Source: Octopus bimaculoides
Taxonomy: Eukaryota
Assembly: GCF_001194135.2 (NCBI RefSeq)
Contig: NC_068982.1
Location: forward strand, 165,606,664 to 165,670,663
Direction of reading: 5' to 3'
DNA: 64,000 nt
In this document: positions 14,088 to 25,302 of the stretch, in pieces
How positions within the stretch are numbered: the first letter of the stretch is position 1
Layout of the letters: the number at the start of each line of letters is the position of its first letter
Program-made: the position numbers and the translations under genes
Notes under the pieces: generated by a model
The model's input: only the letters and a program-made list of their open reading frames with translations
Told to the model about the DNA's origin: nothing
Databases searched by the model: none

Positions 14088-14554
14088 CCTTTGAATTGGA
14101 AATAGATATTGCTTACAATCACTTCATTAATTCGTACATTCTTCATATCCAAAAATATCGAAAACGAAAGTAATATCTACAAAATTACAACTGCTCATCT
14201 ACTGAAGGTATTGAAAGAAAAAACAAACAAAACACTTCATATTTATTGTCCACATTTTATATATATTAATGCAAAATAGAAATAAATGCTTTTCTTCCTG
14301 CACTCGTGACACTCTTACAATTTATATAAATTCAACGAAGTGAGAACTTGCATAGGTGGGCACCCTTATGTGGTTGTTCGATGCGCTGGTGACATTATAA
14401 AACATGCAAGTTGATATTGAAAAGGGTGGCCTGATATACAAAGAAGATAGATGTACATGGCTGTGATGAATAGTTCTTTAACTGTACTTAATCAGATGAA
14501 GCTTTTGGACATACACGTTCCAAGAATTGTGTGTGTATGTGTGTGTGTTTGTGT

Positions 14555-14622
<68 letters not shown>

Positions 14623-15770
14623 GTAGGCTTATGTTTGGCCACAGAGCTTCCTTAACATTAGAAAAATTAATGCAAAGTAAAAGAAATATAACAGACATGG
14701 CAGGTTTTCTAGCTAGAACAGTCAATAATCGATTTTGATACGATAAACAATTCAATGAATTACACATATACACCCAAGTAACAGTATATTATTTGTTGTA
14801 TAATTATAACGCACTGCTGTGTCTTGTTTATTACTTCAAATACCAAATCCCGCCTTCTCAATCCAAATTAATTCGATCTACTTTCTGCCACAGGAAATGT
14901 AGACACATCGTCCACTTCATGATTTCTATTCATTTTCCTAGATAATATTTTATTCATATTAATGTCTAGAAATGGCTTTCACACAACGTAGCTTTAGCAT
15001 TTAAATATATATTTTTTATACTTCCTCTCTTATTTCCCCGTAGGTCACAGAAAGGTGACTGTTAAAAGACAAATTTCTAAAGAAGACATAATATACTAAT
15101 CACACAATATTCAATGACCTCATCTAAAATCCCAGGGTGCCAACGAGTCAATACGTGTAACCATTGAAAGAGGAAACACCTGCATTTGAAGTATTATTGA
15201 GACGCCAAAGTTGAGAACTTTGAGTGCATAAATAAATGCAACAGCAAAGTAGCAGAAGTGTTTCTCGAGAGAGTAAATAGTTATACGTTGATAGGTATAA
15301 ACGTTAGGATGTTCGCTAATTTGAATTATTTGATGTCTAAACTTTATGGTTGCCGCCAGAGGTCAGAGAAATGAAATATTTTTCACGTAACTTGTCTGCA
15401 TTACTATTCACAGGAAATAATCATTTGTTGGAATCCATTTAAAATGTGACTTATTCCAGTATATATCTAAGACTTTAGAAAGCTTCTGGTATATTTTTCA
15501 CGAATTTTGCAACAAAATGTCATGGCAATATGTGCATGTGTTTATCGTTGTGCATAAATGTATTGGATCATCCAATAAATAATGCACTTTTTTTCCATTG
15601 CATGAGCTAAAAGTCGGAGGGGTCGGAATAAACTACCAACATAAACTTACTATAAAAGCAGGTAGTAATTTAACATTGTACTTATTCTTAGTGCAAGTTT
15701 TGAAGAGTGCAGTTCGATTTTAACAGTCATTTTTTTCAAACCTATTATTATGACAACTAACAGGTTGTCC

Positions 15771-15830
<60 letters not shown>

Positions 15831-18057
15831 CATGCATGTATGTATGTATGTATATATGTATGTATGTACGCATGTATGTATGTATGTATGTGTGTGTATG
15901 TATATGTATATATAACAGCGTTAATAATTCTAGTCTAGCGCAAAGGTTGTAGTTTCTTCTACAAATCTATTTAATAATTAAATGAATGAAAGACCATGAA
16001 ATTTCAGCTCATCAGAATTTAGGCTGACATTTATGATCCTCAACCTACTGATTTCGTTTAACGAAATGATCCTCAACCTTGTTTTCTTTAACGTCGAGCT
16101 TTTAACAAGTTGTATTTAGTATTATTTATGCCAAACTTCTGTATTTGTATGTTAAAGTCGGTTTCAGAGAAATTGCACATTAATTATGCATAGATACTCA
16201 AAGATAAAAGAAAACGTTCTTTCTATAGATTACGTTAACTTTAAATGCATTTTGTAAGGAGAAAATTGTTTATTAATATTAATGTACCAATATTGGACTC
16301 GGTTTTACTGGCGCTAGATACTTCAATGAAGATATTTGTCCCTCTTAGCAGTATATCCACGTGTTTACTAAATATTTCTGCAGTGTGCACACAGTTAAAT
16401 TAAGTGTGTATCCTATTTGCTTAGAACATGTAAAATGAAAGAAAAAGAATACAATTATGATGTTATATTGTTTGATGTTGCAATAGTTCTATATGTAAGC
16501 ACAATATTAGGAGGTAGCTTCCATGTATTGAATGAACTACAGTACAGCTCAGCCTCTTTTGAGTCAATCAAATATATATACAAACTGAATACACTTAAAC
16601 TTGTACACAGACGTGGAAGAATGTGAATATGATTGTACATTGCTTGCGAATGAACTGTCCGGAAAAATTTCTTTCAATATACAGTGTAGTAGCATCAATG
16701 TTTAGTTTAATAACAAAATGTTTAATGCAATTACTACAGAGGATGAGGTTGCGTAAGTATTGTGTAACAAGGCATATGATGTGATATAAACTACAACGTA
16801 GACTAGAATATGACCTATACAATCAAAATGAACAATGTTTTCAGTATCCATAAAGTTCTCCAAAATGAAGTTCAGAGAATATAGATTTTTGACAGGAATT
16901 ACTGTTTAACTCAAAATTATATTCATCATTTTCGAAAGAACACTAATGAATGAAGAAAAGTAAGTAAATAAAACTGATATCTTTATTAGTTATATTTTAA
17001 TACTTTCTAGATAATAGCTCTATTTTAGCAGATTACAAAAATATTGTTTTATTATTTGTCATATGAATATTATTTAAATATTTGCACTGCATATATTGGA
17101 ATAGATACCAAAATTTTAATTTCTAAATATTTTGGTCAGTAATTGTCGAAATTATTGAAGAAATATGCAAATCATTTACTCCATAACATTTCTATATTGG
17201 TTTCGTTATTGACATACAGTAAACCAAATCTCTCTTAGGACATTAACACTGAACTTTTTTTTTTAATCTATTAAAATCTTAAACTTTTATATGTATGTTT
17301 AAGCTCCATGATTTAAAGATCAAATTTGACGATTACATGCTTAGAAACTTAATGAGAGCAATTATTTAAAGTATTTGTTTTTAAGGAACAAATATGTTTT
17401 AAAAGAGAGCTAAAAGTTTTAAAATATTTAGCAGAACATAACACGAAGCCGTATAGCAGAATTCATGAATTCTTCGCGATGATTATTCAGATATAACTGT
17501 AATTTGCCGCATAACAAAATAATATATTCCTTCACAACAATCATAATATCCTCAGATGCAGAAAGGAAGCGAAACGAGATATATCCTGTTGTTTTTGGTG
17601 ATAGACAGAAACTTGGAAAGCATTAAACGCAATCAAGTTAACACTTGCTCAACAGGTTATATGAAGACTAGGATTAAGTAGTGACCAGTTAATAATTAGG
17701 AAATATCATTTAATTGATGAAATAAGTACTAGTTTAGCACTAGGGACGACATAATCAATTAAATCCCTCCCCCAAAATGTCGGGCTTTGTGTCTTGAATA
17801 GAGAGGATTTTTAACTGCTCCTACAAAGATTTTGTGTTTAATGAAATATAATCATTTAACAGTACATCCACTGTGTTGTGATATGTCTCTTGTATGAATA
17901 AAAATAACATTGTCAAGTATGTTCCATGTGATACCGGGGACGTTGCATCGATCAACCCGGAGTCAGCAGGAGTAGTAGAGGAAGTTGGAGCTTTTGCTCC
18001 AATACTTGAAAGTGTGCTTGTGTTGTGTGTATCTTTCCATAAAAGCGTTTTTTTTTA

Positions 18058-18267
18058 TCAGCATGCCCATGTATTACATTGTGATGCGGTGATGTAGTGT
18101 GATGTTAGCTCTGTAGACTGAAGCTTCGGAGAAGGAGGATTCTCGTAATAAGCAGTTGGTAGAATTTCGGAAGTTACAGGTAGAAGCTGAAAGTTGAGAG
18201 TAAAAACTATTTGGATGCGTGCTTGCAACCTCTGTAGCAGCAGTGTTGGACACGACATTATTTTATC
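18058..18267 (-). CDS. Candidate terminal coding exon, product unknown
   Basis: Acceptor tattcag|GAT, 69 open codons (DKIMSCPT...CNTWAC) then TGA TAA; GC above flanks; no homology recognised. Confidence 0.2.
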   Translation of the reverse strand, partial: DKIMSCPTLLLQRLQARIQIVFTLNFQLLPVTSEILPTAYYENPPSPKLQSTELTSHYITASQCNTWAC

Positions 18268-18334
18268 CTGAATAGCTAACCTTGACGTATGGAAATAAAT
18301 TGAAGCCGTATTCAGAATAAGGTCATGTGTTTGT

Positions 18335-18565
18335 TATTTCTTTATTGCCCACAAGGGGCTAAACATAGAGGGGACAAACAAGGACAGACAAAGGGATTAA
18401 GTCGATTACATCGTCCTCAGTGTGTAACTGGTACTTAATTTATCGACCCCGAAAGGATGAAAGGCAAACTCGACCTCGGCGGAATTTGAACTCAGAACGT
18501 AACGGCAGACGAAATACCGCTAAGCATTTCGCCCGGCGTGCTAACGTTTCTGCCAGCTCGCCGCC
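18335..18565 (-). mobile_element. Full-length young SINE family A with 17-bp TSD
   Basis: Head GGCGGCGAGCTGGCAGAAACGTTAGC...GAGTTCAAATTCC, central GCCTTTCATCCTTTCGGGGTCGATAAATTAAGTACCAG; TSD taaggtcatgtgtttgt (18318-18334) / taagttcatgtgtttgt (18568-18584). Confidence 0.93.
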
Positions 18566-18884
18566 TTTAAGTTCATGTGTTTGTCTAGCAAAGTATCACC
18601 CACCACCACACTAAATCTGCTAACTGATATGCTATCTCTTCCCCCTCACATCCTCTACTAACTTCAGTAGACTACAACTACTCAAACTCATTAGATGCTC
18701 AGTCATTAACATTACATCCATAATCCTCTAGATCGCCTCTTGCCAGTACTTTTTCCCTCGCATTGGTGCTCATTACAGAAACATTTGAGCTTATTCTCAT
18801 TCGTATCGACACGAATATTTCCGATGGCCTAAAGAGCCGATATGCATTTGCTCCTTTTTAATATTGAAAGTCGTCTTTTTTAAA

Positions 18885-19070
18885 CATAGGAGGAAGGTGT
18901 AGATTATATCGACCTCGGTACTCGACTGGTTCTTTACTTTATCAATCCTGAAAGTATGAAAAAAAACTTGACTTCTGCGGTATTTGAACTCTGAACGTAA
19001 ATAGACGGAACATTGAGTGCTTAGCCTCTTCTCTGACGTTCGTTACGATTCTACTGTCTCTAACTAATAA
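18885..19070 (-). mobile_element. Diverged SINE family A copy
   Basis: ATCAATCCTGAAAGTATGAA...GGTATTTGAACTCTGAACGTAA resembles the 18335 copy. Confidence 0.65.
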
Positions 19071-19843
19071 CATTAAATAATTTCCATTTCTGAAACAGTG
19101 GTTTGTGTGATCTTTTAATTCACGTCTGAACATATATTTGTATGCATTTTTCGCTTAAGTAAATTAAGCTTTTTTATCGCTATAAAGATAATCTCTCATA
19201 AACTTCATTTATTTCTCACTTTATCCGACACCACCCAAATGAAACTTCCACGGAATTAACAAGTGTAAGCCCTGCAATCTTAGATCATATTTCATATCGA
19301 CTACATATCAATAACTTAGGCTCGGAGACTACTTTGTCTTTCCTCGAAGGGAACAGTTAATATACACGCCATTACTTAACTTTATTCGAGAGTATTGCAT
19401 TACATACATGAAGCTATAAAATCTCACGAGAAATCTATACGCAAATGAAAAGTTAATTTCTTGAAGTTACGCTAAACGGTTTTGAAACTGACAAAATTAT
19501 AATGCGGTTTTAAAGAAGTAATTTTTCCATGTGAATCAAATAGAATTGCATATGCTAACTGTAATCGAAACAAACACTGTTGGAAATACGTTATTAACAC
19601 GTGCCACGTGTAACAGTAATTAGCATCAATTATTTTTAGTTAATTACTTTTATCCTGAAATGATAAGTGATGATATACATATGACACGGAATACAATCTC
19701 TACACTATATAGGTTTCACGTACGCCAACACAAAGAAAGATATACGGTGTCTATGCACATAATTATCAATAGTTGTGTATATACATACATATTTATATAT
19801 ACATATATATATATATATGTATGCATGCATATATATTATATAT

Positions 19844-20058
19844 NNNNNNNNNNNNNNNNNNNNNNNNNNNNNNNNNNNNNNNNNNNNNNNNNNNNNNNNN
19901 NNNNNNNNNNNNNNNNNNNNNNNNNNNNNNNNNNNNNNNNNNNNNNNNNNNNNNNNNNNNNNNNNNNNNNNNNNNNNNNNNNNNNNNNNNNNNNNNNNNN
20001 NNNNNNNNNNNNNNNNNNNNNNNNNNNNNNNNNNNNNNNNNNNNNNNNNNNNNNNNNN
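19844..20058. other. Assembly gap (N)
   Basis: N run. Confidence 1.
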
Positions 20059-21711
20059 TAGTAAATTAAAGAATAGTTCAGAGCACTTTTACTCTAAGCA
20101 TGTCATTAAACTTAACGATAAGGTTCATAAAGGCTGTTACTGGCAAGATATTTTTGTATACTGGCAATACTAAGCATGCCTTTTGACCCAACCAAAATTT
20201 ATTCTAATTCAGCTGTCGATGTTGTTCGAGAAAATTTATTTACAGAGTTATATTTTATAGTGCATTAAGTAGTAACATGGCCAATAAATTGCACCGTTAT
20301 TTATTCATCTACTTAATTCATCTTAGTTAAAATACACCAACTAATTATTGCAGAACTAATAGATTTGCTGTAATTAATGGAGATTCATCTAATTATAATT
20401 CAAGTGAACTAACGTACGAAAAGTGCCATCTAATAGCAATCTAAAAGTGCAATCTAATCTGCGATATTTGATAGAATAAGGAGGGAAAAGAGAGGAATGA
20501 AAAACAAAGAAGAAATATTAATATATAGAAATAGCCATAATCACAGTGCTAGCAATTATAACCTATAAATACACAAAAAGTTTGTATGATATGGTTCCAT
20601 CAACAAAATAATATTCGATGCTGGCCACACGATTTTCTTCTTTGCAAAAGGAATGATACTTTAATAATTCAACTAATAATTCAACAGCTAAATTACGAGG
20701 GTAAATATGAGAATAACGAAAATATAATGTTAGTGAAGTAAATTGGAAGGGTAGAAGGTAGGTATTGCAAAGAGAATAATAATAATACGTATGGTAATTT
20801 TTTACATACTGCTGTTCAATTTTAATCCAGTTGATCCGGTTCTAAGTTCAGAGATTGTGTTATATTACAGATGAGAATTGGTTTTCATTCCAATGTTAAA
20901 CTTACTGAACGTGGTCAACACATAGACAGGAAGTCGGTACTTGCACAACCAAACAAATGTCTATACTAGACTAATGAAAGTAGTTTAGGCAATAATCAGT
21001 GTTCACACAGAGATACGAATTTATAAAGTTATAAATATCCAAATTTAAGGAGATCACTTAGTTAACTGCAAGGGAGTTACGAGTCGAAAGGTCAGAAGTA
21101 GTAGAGAAGGAACATGAGGAATAATAAAAAGACTTTAAAAGAATTTAATACAATTTATCTAGAATTATAAAGATCTTAACTACGGTGATGAAGCAAATGA
21201 TAAAAAGATAGTGCCTACGGTTAGGAGCAAATTGCATAATATTATTTGATTAAATTCCATAAAATATCAATCACAAGATATTAGTCGCAAGAAAGATTTA
21301 CAATGACACAATTTTAGCGGTACAAGATGACTCGTACGTCTATTTTTATCATTTTTACGGCACACTTCAGGTTCTTGGATACCTGGATACTCAGCTTTTT
21401 AGGATAATTTTGGAGTTGTCCATCAGCAAACAACAGAGACCTTCCCTTGATCGATGCATAATGGATTACTCAACTGTCTAGTTTGCGTCACCCTCTCTAA
21501 ACGATTGATATACCTCGATCCTTTATGGGTCTCCTGAGTCATAGCTCTATATATATATATATATNNNNNNNNNNNNNNNNNNNNNNNNNNNNNNNNNNNN
21601 NNNNNNNNNNNNNNNNNNNNNNNNNNNNNNNNNNNNNNNNNNNNNNNNNNNNNNNNNNNNNNNNNNNNNNNNNNNNNNNNNNNNNNNNNNNNNNNNNNNN
21701 NNNNNNNNATA

Positions 21712-21947
21712 TATAGGGTGTTCAGAATGTCTCTTCGCGGTATTTTATTGCCAAAGGAATATTTATAGGATGGTATAAGACTACAAAAGAATATATTAGA
21801 CTTTACAAGACTTTAAAAAACTTTATATGAGGTGTTGAAAGTGTCCTCCTTCATTTTCAATTCATAAGTTGACTCTTCAACACATATTTTGAAATACATC
21901 TTAGATGAAAAAAATTCACTGCAAAGAGACGTTTTGAACATTATATA
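21712..21947. mobile_element. Tc1/mariner-type MITE, old
   Basis: Imperfect 24-bp TIRs TATAGGGTGTTCAGAATGTCTCTT / AAGAGACGTTTTGAACATTATATA (19/24) in TA context. Confidence 0.5.
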
Positions 21948-21997
21948 TATACATTCTTTTATTTTTCTACTTGTTTCAGTTATTTGATGCGGCCATG

Positions 21998-22167
21998 CAG
22001 GAGCACCGCCTTTCCTCTAACAGATCGCCCCCGAGACTTCTTCTTTGTAGACCTAGTACTTAGTATATCGATCCCTTATGCCGGCATAAGGGATCGATAT
22101 ACTAAGTACTAGGTCTACAAAGAAGAAGTCTCGGGGGCGATCTGTTGGAGGAAAGGCGGTGCTCCTG
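21998..22167. repeat. 170-bp spacer-less palindrome (85-bp arms, 1 mismatch)
   Basis: Centre ATGCC|GGCAT at 22082/22083; arms complementary except T22018 opposite G22147. Confidence 0.97.
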
Positions 22168-22230
22168 GGACAAAGATACACAGGGACAAAGATACACAGG
22201 GACAAAGATACACAGGGACAAAGATACACA
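22167..22230 (+). repeat. Four perfect tandem copies of GGGACAAAGATACACA
   Basis: Directly visible, 16-bp period. Confidence 0.97.
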
Positions 22231-22232
22231 CA

Positions 22233-22849
22233 TATGTATAGTAATGTCCTTAATATAAACAAATATATTTATAGGGAATAATTCATAAATTTTTCCCTTA
22301 TGAGATTTTTTCACACTAACTACTTTGATAAATTCTTATAAAGATTTTTTCTTATATCTAAATTGTAAATTTATTCAGTGCTGAATTTTATTCTGAATAA
22401 ATACGTGTACCGAGATGCAATTCGAAAAGTCCGCCTCTTACATAGATATATAAGAGTGAACAACTCTATGTACTATGCTCGATACATGTGGTGTTCGTCT
22501 GGTATCTTGAGTTTTGTTTAATTTTATATGTCTTGACTATACTTGTACTGAAGAGTAAAGAGTGCATTTTTGCACTAATTACGAAATCATATGATATACA
22601 GCTGAGTCTGATTTTAAAAGGCTCTCTACGAGAGTTGCATTCCCTCGCGTTCGGTAAACTGTGTTTATTATGGTAGTTTTGATTTTAAGAGTCCCTCCTA
22701 GCATGAAGCATTTATGTATAGTAATGCCCTTAATATATATAAATATATTTAGAGGGAATAATCAATAAATTTTTCCTTATGAGGTTTTTTCACGCTAACT
22801 ACTTGATAAATTCTTATAAAGATTTTATCCTATATTTATTTAAATTGTA
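22233..22849 (+). mobile_element. Non-coding hammerhead-bearing partial-tandem unit (retrozyme / solo PLE pLTR-like), 480-bp monomer plus ~135-bp repeat
   Basis: 22233-22368 and 22713-22849 are ~88% identical direct repeats with 480-bp period; hammerhead in between; no ORF; (TA)n on the right flank. Confidence 0.7.
22535..22608 (+). ncRNA. Type I hammerhead ribozyme, catalytic core intact
   Basis: CTGAAGA 22548-54; stem II GTAA/TTAC plus AGTGCA-TTTT-TGCACT with the G-C closing pair; GAAA 22583-86; palindromic stem III ATCATATGAT; cleavage triplet AUA (after 22596); stem I TTGTA/TACAG plus GACT/AGTC beyond an internal loop. Confidence 0.88.
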
Positions 22850-23813
22850 CATGCATATATATATATATATATATATATATCCTCATACTTATTTGTGTAT
22901 GTTACATATGAATATCGTAACCTGATACTGCGTAAGACATGAATACATATACATATATTTAAACAGCTGTGTAGTTAGCTTCGACATCCTCTGACTACCA
23001 AGCTCTGTTTCACCGTTGTTTTGCCTTTCAAAGATGGATATTGCCTTGCTTTACGTTGCATGTCATGAACTGACTTTCTGTATATAAATAAAACAAGCAC
23101 ACATCGTAATTGTAAGCCTGTATTACAGTTTCGCCTAACTGATATTCATTCACTGCAATGTCATGAAGCAATGAGGTTCAAGGCTCGATGGTGTCTATTT
23201 TATACACGTAATCTGTAAGAAAAAATTTATTTTCTTACTCAAATCTGTAGTGAATGCCATTCACGTTCAAGTACATAAGACAGCGTTAAAAATATATGTC
23301 TACTTCGTTATTTGGATACTTGCATCTATTTGCGTTTATACTGAGTATATCTAGGTTGGTAAGTACATATACACATACATATACACGCATTCGCATGCAC
23401 ACAGTTGCACACATTTATATATGTAGTCATATATGTGTATAAACATGTAAAGATTTATTTGTATCCGTGCGTACTAGTCTGAGTATGTGTGTATGTGCGT
23501 GTGTGAATATTACACAACTGTGTTGTTCCTATTGTAGTAATTGCATCTGTCACTCAAAAATTCACTGTAATCTGTTCACATATTTTTCGAAATTTCCTAG
23601 TTACATGCCAAGAATATTTGGCTCTGTTGTACAGTTTTATTGAATGAAGCAGATTAATTCACTCGGTGAAAATACTAAAATATCTTTTTCCACAATCTAT
23701 TATGTAACTCGTGCAATATTGCAGAACGCTTAAAATACTTACATATCTCTGCCAATGTTTTGAATATTTTGCATATATTCTAAGTTTCTGAAGCTACACA
23801 GACAAGCGCACGC

Positions 23814-23849
<36 letters not shown>

Positions 23850-23941
23850 ATACACACGCACACACACAGATAGATACATAGATACATACATACATACATA
23901 AATAGATAGATAGATAGATAGATAGATAGATNNNNNNNNNN

Positions 23942-23981
<40 letters not shown>

Positions 23982-24557
23982 AACAGATTTTGTCCTACTA
24001 GTCAAGTTTCACATCACTGCAAATTTTAAGCAAAAACTGTTACAACACCATATTGATGTGTGTGTGTGTGTGGGCGTGTGTATCTAGTAATTTTGTTTGT
24101 TCATTGCTCGGCTTCGCGTGTTTATTGATGCAATTGTTTCTGTTTAGAACCTGTTGATGCGTTAGTGTTTGCATATTTTTGTGTCTGTGGGTTTGTCAAT
24201 ATGTGTATTTTCGCGTGTTTGTGTAAGTTTTTAAATATATTACATTTTTGAGAAAGGTTGCACGAGCACACACCGTATACATAAAAATCCTTAAACACGT
24301 ACGTAGTATGCAGGACATACACCCACTACTGTAGCAGCACTTCCAGAAAACTCCATACATATATATGCCTACGCATTTGTATGCATATGCCGACATTTAA
24401 TCAAACTCTAAGGATTGCCAAAAAACAATAAAGTCACTACAGTTTTTCACGTAAACATATTGTTTCAAAGCAAGAAAAGAAGATTTCATCCGACGTAGAT
24501 ACAAAATCAAACAACTACACCAAATAGATACACACACAAACAAACACAAACACACAC

Positions 24558-24792
24558 CTTATCTGTTTCAAACATTACAAGCAGACCATGCTGGGGTACT
24601 ACCTTGAAGAAGTTTTAATCGGGTGAATAGACAGGTACGTATTGTATAGGTCTTGTTTGCTGGATTGTTAAGCTACGGGACGTAAACAAGCCGACACCGG
24701 TTCTGAAGCTACAGTGGGAAACAGGGACAAAGATACACACACATAAATATGTATGTGTGTGTGTGTGTATGTGTGTGTGTGTGTGTGCGTGC

Positions 24793-24831
<39 letters not shown>

Positions 24832-24985
24832 CACGATGGGGCTTCTTTCAGTTTCCATCTATCAAGTCCACTCGCAAGGCTTTGACCGGCCCGATGATAT
24901 AGTAGAAAACACTTGTCCAAGGTGGGACTGAACCCGGAAACGTCTGGTTGGAAAAGCAAGCTTCTTACCACAGAGCCACACCTAC
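24558..24985 (-). mobile_element. Near full-length SINE family B with internal (TG)n
   Basis: Head GTAGGTGTGGCTCTGTGGTAAGAAGCTTGC...CCGGGTTCAGTCCCACCTTGGACAAGTG, internal microsatellite, tail CCCAGCATGGTCTGC...TGAAACAG. Confidence 0.87.
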
Positions 24986-25259
24986 ACATTAGAAGTATAA
25001 ATCACAGATGCTTATTCTTGCTTTGTCGTGTACTTGTTCTTGAGATAAAGTGGTGTTGTTGCTTTTGTTCTGAGCAAGTAAATTCCTCCCCAGCAATGCG
25101 CACTGATGTAAAACAAACCCAACCACCACAGGTCTTTTCCAAAGTTAACCCTAATTAAGTTTTCTCAAGAAAATATATTCTAAAGGTGGCATAAGAACCA
25201 GTTAACCTCGTACCGAATTCTCATCATATGCTGTCAGGATTTCTCATAGATATATGTTC

Positions 25260-25302
<43 letters not shown>

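Larger units (their letters stand above)
21955..22232 (-). mobile_element. Rearranged SINE family B copy (fold-back plus tandem duplication)
   Basis: 3' tail TTCTACTTGTTTCAGTTATTTGATGCGGCCATGCAGGAGCACCGCC matches family B; GGGACAAAGATACACA also occurs in the family B copy at 24724-24739. Confidence 0.8.

Noticed and set aside
12872-15103. Shared ~50-bp motif at 12872 and 15056
   Set aside because: Most likely remnants of a common dispersed repeat
20870-21530. Possible decayed coding sequence
   Set aside because: All frames close repeatedly; no family motif
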